A stretch of DNA of 64,000 nucleotides. Origin: Candidatus Levyibacteriota bacterium. GTDB lineage: Bacteria > Patescibacteriota > Microgenomatia > Levybacterales > UBA12049. Positions within the stretch are counted from its first letter, which is position 1, and each line of letters starts with the position of its first letter. The notes beneath the pieces were generated by a model. The model did not search any database and had not been told where the DNA came from. It saw only the letters and a program-made list of their open reading frames with translations. A program made the translations under genes and the position numbers. This document shows positions 29,022-39,025 of this stretch, in pieces. The stretch lies in contig JBPOIT010000007.1 of assembly GCA_052034235.1 (NCBI GenBank), positions 22,234-86,233 on the forward strand, in the 5' to 3' direction.

Positions 29022-29339
29022 ATGGGATTTCAAAAAATAACACATTCAGCTGATGTTTATAGATTGACGAGAACCGGTGATACGGAAAGTTATCATACAA
29101 CTCCTGTTATAACCGGTTTGGAATGCGGCATTTTTCCAGCTTCAACAGATATTCTAGCCGTTTATCCTGGTGAATCATCATTTCAGCTTTACGAGTGTTA
29201 CGTTTATGAATTTGTAGTTCTTAAAAATGGAGATAAGTTTAAAGCTTTAGGTGAAGAATGGATTGCAAGAGGAGTCCCGCAGGTTTTCGACACAAATCAT
29301 TTGTATTACCAGAGATTAGTACTTGAGAAAGTAGTGTAA
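29022..29339 (+). CDS. head-tail adaptor/closure protein (putative)
   Basis: 105-aa ORF in connector position. Confidence 0.3.
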   Translation: MGFQKITHSADVYRLTRTGDTESYHTTPVITGLECGIFPASTDILAVYPGESSFQLYECYVYEFVVLKNGDKFKALGEEWIARGVPQVFDTNHLYYQRLVLEKVV

Positions 29340-29341
29340 TT

Positions 29342-29824
29342 ATGGCCGGATATAAATTAACCACCGATGTAATAGGAGCAGATGAGTTAAAAGCAGCTTT
29401 TTCGAAAGCTCCTGAAGTCGTGGCAAGAAATTTGAAGGATGCAGTGGGTAAAACTGCTTTTTCTGTTGAAGGTAAAGCAAAATCTTACGCTCCGATCCAA
29501 TATGGAAACTTGCGAGGATCTATCCATACAGAGGGACCAACTGTATTAAGCACAAATGTTGAAGCTGCAGTAGGTACAAACGTAAAGTACGCCGAATGGC
29601 AAGAAAAAGGAACAGGTATTTATGCAGGAAAAGGGATGATTACTCCTAAAAGTAAGAAATTTCTCGCTTGGAAACAAAATGGAAGATGGATTTTTGCAAG
29701 GCAGGTAAAAGGAGTAAGACCGAAGCTTTTCTTCAAGAAAGCAAGAACAGAAGCTTTGCCTTTATTGGAAGCGAATCTGAAAGCGGCAATGGCAAATATA
29801 ACAACGTTTTTAGCGAAAGGATAA
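29342..29824 (+). CDS. HK97 gp10-like tail-component protein (putative)
   Basis: 160 aa in the synteny position of the gp10 family. Confidence 0.4.
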   Translation: MAGYKLTTDVIGADELKAAFSKAPEVVARNLKDAVGKTAFSVEGKAKSYAPIQYGNLRGSIHTEGPTVLSTNVEAAVGTNVKYAEWQEKGTGIYAGKGMITPKSKKFLAWKQNGRWIFARQVKGVRPKLFFKKARTEALPLLEANLKAAMANITTFLAKG

Positions 29825-29825
29825 T

Positions 29826-30227
29826 ATGAGTTACACAAGTATCAGAGCCGGTATCGTTTCAATGTTACAAACTGTTTCAGGGATTCAACAGGTCTATAAC
29901 TATGAAGCAAAAGAGCTAGCAAAATATCCGGCTGCAACAGTTACAAATCTTTCTCACAAAAATCTGTTTGCAGATACCGCAAGGAACAGAAGGCAATATA
30001 GCTTTATGATCCGGCTTTACTTTAGGACTGATGTAGCTCAGGATGCTGAAACGATTTTATCAACGATTACTGATGCAGTTATTGTAAAAATCGAATCTGA
30101 TCCGACACTTGGCGGTGTTTGTGATTTTGCCGAACCCTCTGAAGGGAAATGGTTATTTCAAGAACGCGAAGTTCCTCTACGCCTAGTTGAGATAGTAGTT
30201 ACCGCAATGAAACAAGTCCTCCGTTAA
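29826..30227 (+). CDS. tail completion protein (putative)
   Basis: 133-aa ORF before the major tail gene. Confidence 0.3.
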   Translation: MSYTSIRAGIVSMLQTVSGIQQVYNYEAKELAKYPAATVTNLSHKNLFADTARNRRQYSFMIRLYFRTDVAQDAETILSTITDAVIVKIESDPTLGGVCDFAEPSEGKWLFQEREVPLRLVEIVVTAMKQVLR

Positions 30228-30230
30228 AAA

Positions 30231-30265
30231 TGTATAAGACTTCGGGTATTCCTCAATAGAATTAG
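30231..30265 (+). promoter_or_regulatory. conserved late intergenic motif (copy 4, before a ~48-aa ORF starting at 30274 and the major tail gene)
   Basis: ATGTATAAG-N14-TCAATAGAATTA. Confidence 0.5.
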
Positions 30266-30416
30266 TTCGGATATGAAGAAATATAAATACTCAGGTTCAG
30301 TTGAAGTCCATATTGCAGGTGTCGGTATTGTAAAGCCTGGTGCTGAGGTGGAGACAGAAATTGAAATCAATCATCCAGATTTTAAGGAGATCAAAAAGAA
30401 AGAGGATAAATAACCT

Positions 30417-31367
30417 ATGTCAGCTGGACAATTAAATCAACTATCATTCAAACGAGAATCCACATGGGGAACTGCTGTAGTTCCCGATAAGTCTATTCCG
30501 GTCCATTTCTCCGGAGGAATTCAGACTGACAATGACACACAAATAATCTCAAATGCTCGCGCTGTTCTTCCTAAGAATCAAGACGCGTTCTTAGGTGCAA
30601 GAAAACATGAAGGAGAGTATGAGTTTGATCTTTTTGGAGATTATATCGGCTATTTCCTTCTCTCTGCTCTAGGTAGTATTTCTTCAGCTTTAAAAGGTGG
30701 AGAATCAGTTGTTTATAACCACACAATTACTGAACAGGAAACAAAACAACCTTTAACACTTGAACAGGTAGTTGGTGAGAATGTCAGACGATATGCCGGA
30801 GCGATTGCAACCGGATTTAAGATTTCCTCTAAAGCCGGTGAAGTTGCAGTAATGAGCGCTTCATTTAAGGCAAAATCTCAAGCATCTGCTACAAAAATTA
30901 CACCTGCCTATACTACAGCTCCAGTTTTTGACTTTACAGATGCGGCACTTAAGATCGGTGGAGTCCAAGTTACTGAAGTATCTAACTTCGAACTTGAATA
31001 TAAAAATAATATTGAATTTTTGGCTGCTCTTAATAACACCAACGATCCAGCTTTTAACTATGTAAAAGGCTCTGAGATCAAGGGAAAGATTGATATGTAT
31101 TTGGATAATACAACTCTTGCTGAAATGACAGCCTATCTTGCCAAGACCAATAGAGCTTTGGATGTTGTATTTACCGGAGATGCTATCGGGACTTCTTCAA
31201 ACTATGCTCTTGCAATTAGTATTCCAAAAGTTGTTTATACAGCAGCTGAGACAAAACTTTCGGACGACTACAACTTATTAAGTATCGAGTTCGAAGGATT
31301 GTATGATACTTCAACTTCAAAACTATTATCGGCAGTATTAACAAATTTACTAGCTAACTTAAACTAA
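30417..31367 (+). CDS. major tail (tube) protein
   Basis: 316 aa immediately upstream of the chaperone/frameshift pair and the tape measure gene. Confidence 0.5.
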   Translation: MSAGQLNQLSFKRESTWGTAVVPDKSIPVHFSGGIQTDNDTQIISNARAVLPKNQDAFLGARKHEGEYEFDLFGDYIGYFLLSALGSISSALKGGESVVYNHTITEQETKQPLTLEQVVGENVRRYAGAIATGFKISSKAGEVAVMSASFKAKSQASATKITPAYTTAPVFDFTDAALKIGGVQVTEVSNFELEYKNNIEFLAALNNTNDPAFNYVKGSEIKGKIDMYLDNTTLAEMTAYLAKTNRALDVVFTGDAIGTSSNYALAISIPKVVYTAAETKLSDDYNLLSIEFEGLYDTSTSKLLSAVLTNLLANLN

Positions 31368-31368
31368 T

Positions 31369-31743
31369 ATGGAACCAATTGAATTTACTACTCCTGGACA
31401 GTACAAAGTGCTTATAAAGCCATATTTGACCTATGGTGAGTATAAGCAGATCAAACAGAGCATAAAAGACCATATTATGGTCGAATTGTCAGCAAGCGGT
31501 AAAGCTGAAGATATAAAAGCTGAGGATGTTAAATTCCAGCCTATCAGTTTGGCTAGTATTTTGTCCTCAAATGATATTGCTTTAAAGATTCTAGTCAAAA
31601 AAGTAACCGATAAAGATGGAAAAGACTTAGGAGATCCGGCGCAAGCAATTGATAACATGCCAATTGAAGATGCAGATTCAGTTGTTGAGAAGGTAAACGA
31701 GATCACAAAGGCTGCTGAACTCTCAAAAAAAAAGGGGATTTAA
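31369..31743 (+). CDS. tail assembly chaperone (G-like, zero-frame product)
   Basis: 124-aa acidic ORF ending KKKGI-stop, with an A9G4 slippery run at its 3' end, located between the major tail and tape measure genes. Confidence 0.6.
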   Translation: MEPIEFTTPGQYKVLIKPYLTYGEYKQIKQSIKDHIMVELSASGKAEDIKAEDVKFQPISLASILSSNDIALKILVKKVTDKDGKDLGDPAQAIDNMPIEDADSVVEKVNEITKAAELSKKKGI

Positions 31744-31958
31744 TTTCTGCTAAGGTCTTCCAGGCTTTCTACTCCGAAAACTTTCGTGTTTTTCCTGATG
31801 AAGTTAGGACCGTTTGGGTATGCGATATGTTGGGGATTACCTATTCTGAGCTTATTAAACAACCGGCTGAATGGGTGAATATGTATATTGTCTATCTGGA
31901 AGGTAAATCAAAAGCAGAGAAACAAAAAATGAAACAGAACCAAAGTAAAAAAAGTTAG
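31369..31958 (+). CDS. tail assembly chaperone -1 frameshift fusion product (G-T-like)
   Basis: A -1 shift at A_AAA_AAG (31728-31734) enters a 72-codon ATG-less ORF (GDLISAKVFQAFYSENFRVFPDEV...KQNQSKKS) that ends at 31958. Confidence 0.55.
31728..31734 (+). promoter_or_regulatory. programmed -1 ribosomal frameshift slippery heptamer A_AAA_AAG
   Basis: X_XXY_YYZ heptamer in the zero frame of the chaperone gene, 3 codons before its stop. The downstream -1 frame stays open for 72 codons. Confidence 0.55.
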
Positions 31959-32103
31959 TCTTTTTTTGATAGCTTTATTGAGAACTCATATATCTTTCTA
32001 ATCCCTCTAGTCATAAAAAGAAGACCATCTACAAATGCTGGAAGAAAGATCAGGCGAATACTTTTTCCGATTAACTTTTTTGAATTTTCCAAAGGATTTT
32101 GCA

Positions 32104-32140
32104 TTTTATATAAGATCGAGATCATTCCTCAATACAATTT
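32104..32140 (+). promoter_or_regulatory. conserved late intergenic motif (copy 5, variant, before tape measure gene)
   Basis: TTTTATATAAG-N14-TCAATACAATTT. Confidence 0.4.
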
Positions 32141-32180
32141 GCTAGTAGTGTGTCGGGTTTAGACATACTCGTCAAGGTAT

Positions 32181-34073
32181 ATGGAAGAAAGAATCCTCGA
32201 AATCGTTTTAAAAGCAAGAGATGAAGCCTCAAAAGAAATTCAGAATGTGGGGAAGGAAGCTGGTGGATTAGCTAATCTCTTAGCCGGATCATTTAAAAAT
32301 GCTGCAATTCTATCTGGTGCGGCTCTAGCGGGTATCGCTGTTGAGGCGGTCCGATCAGTAGGAGCATTTGAAGAATCCCAAGCTGCAGTAGCACAACTTG
32401 AAACAGTATTAAAATCAACCAGAAATGCAGCTGGATTATATAAAGATGACTTAATAGAGCAAGCTTCGGCTCTTGAAAGAGTAACTTCTTATTCGGATGA
32501 AGCAATTATCGGCACTGAAAATTTACTTCTCACATTTACAAATATTAAAGGAGCAATTTTCCAGCAAGCACTTCCAGCAGTTTTAGATATGTCTCAGGCT
32601 CTAGGACAAGATTTAAAGTCCTCCTCTATTCAGTTAGGTAAAGCACTAAACGATCCTATTCAGGGTATTACAGCGCTTCGAAGAGTCGGAGTTTCTTTTA
32701 CTGATTCGCAGCAAGACATGATTAAGTCTTTAGTCGAGAGCGGAAAAACAATTGATGCTCAAAAGATGATTTTGAAGGAGATTCAAACTGAGTTCGGAGG
32801 AAGTGCCGAGGCAGCAGGCAAAACTTTTGCTGGATCTGTAACAAGACTTAAGAATCAAATTAATAACCTCGAAGAATCACTTGGTGGAATAATTGTTAAT
32901 GCACTTCAACCCTTCATTGATAAAGCTTCTAATGTAGCAACTGTTCTTGTGGAGTTTTTTAACGGTGCAAAAAGCCTCGATGATGTTACCAAATCACTAA
33001 AAGAAAACTTCGGGGGGTTTGGGGAGGTACTCGGAAACATTATTACTTTCTTTGCTACTCATCGAGAAGCAGTTATAGCATTAGCCGGAGCAATCGGTGG
33101 GTTCTTAGCAATAGCTCTCATTGCTGCAGGAGTGGCAATGGCTTCATTTATCGGCCTTTCGCTTCCTGTTATCGGTATCGCAATGTTGATAGGTGCTGCA
33201 GTTGCACTTCTAATTGCAAACTGGGGTAATATTTCCGGCTTCTTTATCAATTTATGGAATAGTATTGTTGCCAAATTCAATGAAGCAAAACAATTTGTGA
33301 TTGATATTTTAACTGCAATCTGGACTGTTGTTGGTCCTATTCTTCAGTCAATTTTTGATACTTTCTCAACGATTTTTAACGCTATTTGGGCAGTCGTTTC
33401 ATATGTATTTAATTTTATCTGGACTCTTATTCAGTTTTACTTCTATATCTATCTGGCAGAGATACAACTTGTACTTGGTCTAATTCAAGCTGTCTGGAAC
33501 GCAATTTGGGGAGCAATAGGACCATACGTTACAGCGATTTGGGAAGGAATTAAAAATATTATTTCCGGAGCAATTAATGGAGTAAAAACGATTATCACCA
33601 GTGTCCTTACTGCAATCAGTCAAATATGGGAAAACTCCTGGAAAGAAAAATACGAGACTGTTGTTTCCTGGTTTACGAAAATTCATAACTATATCTCAGA
33701 TGCAGTAAATAAGGTTAAGGGATTTTTTCAGGACTTGGCAAATAGCATTACAAATATCTTGTCAAACATCCATATTCCCACGCTTCATATAGAAACAGAA
33801 ACAAAAGAAGTAATGGGACAAAAGATTCAAGTTCCTAAGCTCGGTTGGTATGAGCAGGGTGGATTTGTGCCAGAGACAATGCTGGCGGTCTTACACAAAG
33901 GAGAATTTGTTTTATCAAAGAATATGCTTGCAGGTAATCAACCGGCTCCAATTCCAGGCAATTCTTACAGTACTCCTATTTCAATTGGTCCTGTATATGT
34001 TTCTGATTTAGGAGACGTTGATACATTAGCCCAGAGATTAGCTTTCTTTATGCAAACTAGCGGAAATCTATGA
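32181..34073 (+). CDS. tail tape measure protein
   Basis: 630 aa, helical N-terminal half, central hydrophobic/TM-like block (AIGGFLAIALIAAGVAMASFIGLSLPVIGIAMLIGAAVALLIA); position after the chaperone pair. Confidence 0.7.
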   Translation: MEERILEIVLKARDEASKEIQNVGKEAGGLANLLAGSFKNAAILSGAALAGIAVEAVRSVGAFEESQAAVAQLETVLKSTRNAAGLYKDDLIEQASALERVTSYSDEAIIGTENLLLTFTNIKGAIFQQALPAVLDMSQALGQDLKSSSIQLGKALNDPIQGITALRRVGVSFTDSQQDMIKSLVESGKTIDAQKMILKEIQTEFGGSAEAAGKTFAGSVTRLKNQINNLEESLGGIIVNALQPFIDKASNVATVLVEFFNGAKSLDDVTKSLKENFGGFGEVLGNIITFFATHREAVIALAGAIGGFLAIALIAAGVAMASFIGLSLPVIGIAMLIGAAVALLIANWGNISGFFINLWNSIVAKFNEAKQFVIDILTAIWTVVGPILQSIFDTFSTIFNAIWAVVSYVFNFIWTLIQFYFYIYLAEIQLVLGLIQAVWNAIWGAIGPYVTAIWEGIKNIISGAINGVKTIITSVLTAISQIWENSWKEKYETVVSWFTKIHNYISDAVNKVKGFFQDLANSITNILSNIHIPTLHIETETKEVMGQKIQVPKLGWYEQGGFVPETMLAVLHKGEFVLSKNMLAGNQPAPIPGNSYSTPISIGPVYVSDLGDVDTLAQRLAFFMQTSGNL

Positions 34074-34900
34074 TAAGTTCACTAAACATTCGATCAACGA
34101 CATTTAATACTGGAAGTAATTTCTTTATTACTGAACTTCCTGGTCTTGAAATGCCTCCGATGCGAGTTGTTAATTATAACTTAGCAGGTGAGCATTTTGG
34201 ATTGTATGTTTCTGCGTTTTACGGGAAAAGAAGATTCTCTATCAAAGGATGGGTTGTCGGTAGTTCTCAGTCTGATTTTCAAACACAAAGAGATCAGTTG
34301 CAAAGAGATTTAGATATAACAAGTGGTGAGATTCCAATTAATATAACGCTTGTTAATGGAAGACAACTTACAATCAATGCAATTCTTATTGCGCTTGATT
34401 TTTCTCCGAAGCCTGGAGAATTAACAGCAACACAATTTAACGCTTCTTTTGATGCCTCTTTCCCTTTTTTAGTTTCTCAAACTGAAAATTCACAAAATAT
34501 TAACCTGGCAACCGGTGGAGGAGGAAAAGTACCACCGGATACCATGCCGATGGCACTTGCACCTGATTCAGGTGGAGCTAACTTTATCATCAATAATGGT
34601 AATGCTCCTTACTATCCTTTTGCTCGAATAACCGGTCCTGTTTTAAATCCATCACTCCGAAATAATACTTCTGGAAAGGTTGTTAGATTTGCAGTGAATC
34701 TAGCTGCAGGTGAATATATAGACATTGATTTCAAAAGAAAGACCATTTTTGATAATCAAGGAAGGAATCAGTATTCCACAAAATCTGGTGATTGGTGGTT
34801 TCTGCAGCCTGGTACTTCAGAGATTCGTTTTCTGGCCGACTCCTATGATGCTTCAGCAGTCGCAAATATTAAGTTTAGAGATAGTTTCTTAGGAATATAG
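34070..34900 (+). CDS. distal tail protein (putative)
   Basis: 276-aa ORF overlapping the TMP stop by 4 nt; synteny. Confidence 0.4.
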   Translation: MISSLNIRSTTFNTGSNFFITELPGLEMPPMRVVNYNLAGEHFGLYVSAFYGKRRFSIKGWVVGSSQSDFQTQRDQLQRDLDITSGEIPINITLVNGRQLTINAILIALDFSPKPGELTATQFNASFDASFPFLVSQTENSQNINLATGGGGKVPPDTMPMALAPDSGGANFIINNGNAPYYPFARITGPVLNPSLRNNTSGKVVRFAVNLAAGEYIDIDFKRKTIFDNQGRNQYSTKSGDWWFLQPGTSEIRFLADSYDASAVANIKFRDSFLGI

Positions 34901-34901
34901 T

Positions 34902-35936
34902 ATGGGACTTTACGAATTTCTTATTAAAGATAAAAGTGGAAATGTAATTGCCTCTTTGGATTCAGCAAAAGAGAGATCTTTTGAAGTTTATTTGAACAAG
35001 TCAGGTGCTGCAGGCTTTACAATTTCACCAACAGATCCAAAAGTTACTCAAGATTTACTGTTGTTAGGCAATAAAGAGCTTTACATTTATCGTGCAGGAA
35101 CGCTTGTTTGGGGAGGAGAATTAGGTTATAGAAAAACCGATGTTGCAGATGGTCGCGAAGGAATCATGGTTACTGCAAAAGGTTTTATTGATTTACTAAG
35201 CAAAAAAATAATAGGGAGTGCTGCGACTCCTAAGCTCTACACCAATACTGATGCTGGACAAATTGCCTGGGACATTATTAATACAGTTCAAACCGGCACA
35301 AATGCTTCTTTTGGAATTACTGCAGGGAGTATTCCAGCCTCTGTTAATAGAGATCGAACATATGAATTTAAAAATGTTAAAGATGCTATTGAAGGTTTGT
35401 CTTCACTCAATATTAATAATGGGTTTGATTTTGAGATTGATGCTAACAAGCAGTTTTCAGTTTTCTATCCGCGAAAAGGATTAGATAAATCTGATCTTGT
35501 TTTTGAATATGGTAAAAACATTCTTTCTTTTTCGGAAACCCTGGATGCAACAGATATGGCGAATGAGATATTGGTTTTAGGTTCAGGAAATGGTTCTGAG
35601 ATGATTACCTCTGTTCGCGACTCAAACGCTACTACTCAGTCTCAATACAAAGTAAGACAAAAAGTAATCTCTTTTAAAGACGTTATAGAAACCGCAACGT
35701 TAAACGACAATGGAGATAAGGAGCTTTCACTACGACAGGTTCAGCAACAAATTATTTCACTGAAAACAAAAGGAAATCTTGAACCATTTTATGGATCGTA
35801 TGTTGTGGGAGATTCAGTAAGAGTAAAGATTAAGTACGGAATTATATCGATTGATTCGCTTTTTAGAATCTATGGAATAAAAGTAAAAATTTCCGATGAT
35901 GACGATGAAGATATAGAGTTAGTATTCAATCCTTAA
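34902..35936 (+). CDS. tail-associated/baseplate protein (putative)
   Basis: 344-aa ORF after the distal tail protein; synteny. Confidence 0.4.
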   Translation: MGLYEFLIKDKSGNVIASLDSAKERSFEVYLNKSGAAGFTISPTDPKVTQDLLLLGNKELYIYRAGTLVWGGELGYRKTDVADGREGIMVTAKGFIDLLSKKIIGSAATPKLYTNTDAGQIAWDIINTVQTGTNASFGITAGSIPASVNRDRTYEFKNVKDAIEGLSSLNINNGFDFEIDANKQFSVFYPRKGLDKSDLVFEYGKNILSFSETLDATDMANEILVLGSGNGSEMITSVRDSNATTQSQYKVRQKVISFKDVIETATLNDNGDKELSLRQVQQQIISLKTKGNLEPFYGSYVVGDSVRVKIKYGIISIDSLFRIYGIKVKISDDDDEDIELVFNP

Positions 35937-35937
35937 T

Positions 35938-36171
35938 ATGGCATTACAAAAATCAATTATTGAAGAAATAAAAGACTTAAAGGATAGGCTTGATTCACTT
36001 GAGAGGGCGAATCAGGTAAAAAACATCAAAATTCCAACTGGAGGAAAGATGGTGGTTAATGCTGAGGCTTCCGATCCGCCGGTTCAGAATGGAAAGATTT
36101 ATTACAACACTACAACCAATAAGTACAAGGTTTGTGAGAATGGCACCTGGAAAACAATTACTACTTCTTAA
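35938..36171 (+). CDS. hypothetical small tail-region protein
   Basis: 77-aa ORF. Confidence 0.3.
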   Translation: MALQKSIIEEIKDLKDRLDSLERANQVKNIKIPTGGKMVVNAEASDPPVQNGKIYYNTTTNKYKVCENGTWKTITTS

Positions 36172-36174
36172 TTT

Positions 36175-36208
36175 TGTATAAGATTTCCGCTTTCCATCAA
36201 TAGAATTA
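36175..36208 (+). promoter_or_regulatory. conserved late intergenic motif (copy 6)
   Basis: TGTATAAG-N14-TCAATAGAATTA. Confidence 0.5.
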
Positions 36209-36214
36209 TTCAGC

Positions 36215-36529
36215 ATGGACCCAATAGAAGATACTCAGGCTGAAGAAACGCAGCCAAAACCAGTTGAAACAGTAGATAAAGCGCTTGAAGAGCGTGTGGC
36301 AGTTCTGGAAGAAAAAGTTGCAGCTCTTGAGCCGAAAGTATCAGATGTCGAGGAGGCAGTTAAGCCAATCCGGCAGACTTTGCAAGTGGTTATTGAAAGA
36401 GAAGGTAGTGTTACCAAAGTTCGAAGAAAAGTATTAGTAACTATTGCCGGAAATAGCCAAGAGAAATGGGAAGACGCGACTGAGGAAGTCGATCCACAAG
36501 TAAAGGAGGACTTATTAAATGGCACATAA
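36215..36529 (+). CDS. hypothetical acidic coiled-coil protein
   Basis: 104-aa ORF preceded by the conserved late intergenic motif. Confidence 0.3.
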   Translation: MDPIEDTQAEETQPKPVETVDKALEERVAVLEEKVAALEPKVSDVEEAVKPIRQTLQVVIEREGSVTKVRRKVLVTIAGNSQEKWEDATEEVDPQVKEDLLNGT

Positions 36530-37490
36530 AGTAGCAGTCATTAACGGTAAACAGCCATCAGGAGGAACAGGTGGTGTTTCTGATGCCGATTTATCGAATA
36601 TCGGAGTCAATTTCCTCAATAAAGGGGTCGTGAAGGCCAATGATTATAAAGTCGCTGCTCAAGGTACTCCAAACATGACAGTTCAGGTTGCAGCTGGTAT
36701 TGCTTATTGTTTTAAGCCGGATGGATCAAATGTGTATGTTAGCAATCTTGATACAGCCCAAAACGCGACAATCGGAGCAAATGCTTCAGGTAATCCAAGA
36801 ATAGACTCGGTTGTGATAAAAATCGATCTAGGTGTTACTCCAAACAATCTTGCTGATAATGTAGCCACTATAGTTGTTGTTCAGGGTACTCCGGCCGCTT
36901 CACCAACTGCTCCCTCAGATTCGGCAATTCAAACTGCTGTAGGATCTGGAAATCCATTTCTAAGACTGGCGGATATAACAGTTGCCAATGGTGCGACATC
37001 TATCACAAACGGAAATATTACCGATCCAAGAGTTGCTGTAGAATTCAAACTCCTTTCCGGAAGAATCAGATATAATCTTTCAACCAGTAAGCTTCAGTTT
37101 TCGAATGACGGGACCACCTATAAAGATTTCGGTTCAGCTGGATCTACACCGACTTTTACAGTGGTTGGCACTCTTTCAGTTAATACTTCGGTAACACCTC
37201 TCCTGATTGCTCCAATTCCATTAAATATTAAAAAAGCCTTTGCAAGAGTAAAAACTGCTCCAACCGGTCAAGCTCTTATTGTCGATATTAATAAGAATGG
37301 TACTTCAATCTGGAATACAAATCAGGCAAACAGACTTCAAATAGCCGCAACTGCAAATTCTGGATCTCAAACCTCTTTTGATACTACCTCCCTTGCTGAA
37401 GGTGATTATTTAACTCTCGATATTGACCAGGTTGGTTCAACAATTGCAGGAGCGGATTTAACAGTTGAGATTCTTTGTGAAGGAGCCTAA
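36519..37490 (+). CDS. tail fibre/receptor-binding-like protein (putative)
   Basis: 323 aa, Ser/Thr/Asn/Gly-rich beta-rich composition typical of fibre proteins. Confidence 0.35.
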   Translation: MAHKVAVINGKQPSGGTGGVSDADLSNIGVNFLNKGVVKANDYKVAAQGTPNMTVQVAAGIAYCFKPDGSNVYVSNLDTAQNATIGANASGNPRIDSVVIKIDLGVTPNNLADNVATIVVVQGTPAASPTAPSDSAIQTAVGSGNPFLRLADITVANGATSITNGNITDPRVAVEFKLLSGRIRYNLSTSKLQFSNDGTTYKDFGSAGSTPTFTVVGTLSVNTSVTPLLIAPIPLNIKKAFARVKTAPTGQALIVDINKNGTSIWNTNQANRLQIAATANSGSQTSFDTTSLAEGDYLTLDIDQVGSTIAGADLTVEILCEGA

Positions 37491-37492
37491 TT

Positions 37493-38662
37493 ATGAACTT
37501 TATTGGATTTGGTAACGGAAAAGATGGGGACTTAGTAGTTTCCTCTGCAAATACCATTATAAACAGCTACACAAGCCTTTCTGCCTCATATAGCGCAGGC
37601 GATAAGGTTTTTAATGTTGCAGATGCCACAAATTTTGCAGTTGGTGACGCAATTATTATTCATCAGTCGAGAGGTACGGGATTTGGTAATACTCAGAAAA
37701 ATAGAATTGAAGGGAAATCCGGAAATCAGCTTACTGTTAGCATTCCTTTTGATTATGGCTATGGAGATGACGGAGGAAACAGGCAGGCTCAAATTATTCG
37801 CTGCCCGGAATATAGTTCTGTAAAGATTAATAATACTGCTTCTATAGCGCCAACTGCTTGGAATGGGGATATTGGTGGAATTATTGCTTATTCATGTAAT
37901 GGGAAAACGACTGTTGATGGTTTCTTCAATTTGAAAGGAAAGGGTTATCGAGGTGGTCTTGGTGCAAATGATGATGCCGGAAGAATTCCTGCTTACTATG
38001 GCGAATCTGGTACTGGTCCCTCTGCGCAAGGACCAGGTGGAATTGATGGAACAGGTGCAGCAAATGGAGCCGGTGGAGGTGCAGGTGGCTCACGATCTGA
38101 TAACGGAGCAGGAGGAGGCGGTGGAGGTCATGCAAACGCAGGATCTAATGGCTTTACTGCTGGCTCAAATCCAAATCCTGGACAAGGTGGATCTTCTGTG
38201 GGTGATGCTGCATTTTCTAGTGCTCACATGGGAGCTGGTGGCGGTGGCGGTGGAATTGATGATTCTACTTATGGTGGACAGGGAGGAGATGGGGCAGGTC
38301 TTTTGTTTGCGGATTCTTATGAGTTTGTAATCAATAACAGCACTGGATATATCGATATGGATGGTACGAATGGTACTGGTCATGGAGATTCAGGAGGCGG
38401 TGGTGGTGGCGCTTCTGCAGGTGGAGCGTTTATCAGAGCTGTAAAAGGTGATATTGGCACTGATCGTATTTATGCAAGGGGAGGAACGGGTGGTCCGGCC
38501 GGTCATGCCTTTGCAGACGGAGGAGATGGTGGTCCTGGAAGTAAAGGAAGAGCAAGAGTTGAAGCCTGTACTCTTTCTGGATCACTCGGCTCATCATTTG
38601 CAGACTATTCATCAGTAGTAGGTGGGAAGGAATGGTGCGGAACCGGCACTGTAATGATGTAA
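37493..38662 (+). CDS. glycine-rich tail fibre-like protein
   Basis: 389 aa with long GGxGG tracts (GAGGGAGGSRSDNGAGGGGGGHANAG; GAGGGGGGIDDSTYGGQGGDGAG). Confidence 0.4.
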   Translation: MNFIGFGNGKDGDLVVSSANTIINSYTSLSASYSAGDKVFNVADATNFAVGDAIIIHQSRGTGFGNTQKNRIEGKSGNQLTVSIPFDYGYGDDGGNRQAQIIRCPEYSSVKINNTASIAPTAWNGDIGGIIAYSCNGKTTVDGFFNLKGKGYRGGLGANDDAGRIPAYYGESGTGPSAQGPGGIDGTGAANGAGGGAGGSRSDNGAGGGGGGHANAGSNGFTAGSNPNPGQGGSSVGDAAFSSAHMGAGGGGGGIDDSTYGGQGGDGAGLLFADSYEFVINNSTGYIDMDGTNGTGHGDSGGGGGGASAGGAFIRAVKGDIGTDRIYARGGTGGPAGHAFADGGDGGPGSKGRARVEACTLSGSLGSSFADYSSVVGGKEWCGTGTVMM

Positions 38663-38666
38663 AACT

Positions 38667-39023
38667 ATGCCAACTCAAGACTTAACAGATCATGACATAT
38701 TAATTACGCTTGTCGAATCGACAAAGAATAACCATACGACTGTTATGGATAAGATTTCTGATGTTAAATCGGATGTTATGGACTTAAAAAGTACGGTTAA
38801 TCTAAAAATTGCAGACCATGAAATCCGTATTAAAGAATTAGAAAAATTGCGAGATGAACTTCAACCGCATACATTAGTTGAAACTCTCAAGAAGAATGAT
38901 AAATGGATTAATGATTTTAAACTTACTTGGAAAGTAACACTTGGTATTGCCTCTGGAATTGCTACAGTCATTGGATTTATTTTGGCAACAGTCGCACAAG
39001 TCTTCAAACTCTTCGGACACTAA
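38667..39023 (+). CDS. coiled-coil protein with C-terminal TM helix (holin-like or tail-associated)
   Basis: 118 aa; C-terminal VTLGIASGIATVIGFILATVAQVF transmembrane segment. Confidence 0.3.
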   Translation: MPTQDLTDHDILITLVESTKNNHTTVMDKISDVKSDVMDLKSTVNLKIADHEIRIKELEKLRDELQPHTLVETLKKNDKWINDFKLTWKVTLGIASGIATVIGFILATVAQVFKLFGH

Positions 39024-39025
39024 AA

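Noticed and set aside
37926-38383. His/Leu/Gln-rich ORFs on both strands inside the Gly-rich fibre gene (37926-38135 -, 37953-38330 +, 38165-38383 -)
   Set aside because: Artefacts of the GGN-repeat sequence, which keeps alternative frames open; composition is non-protein-like.
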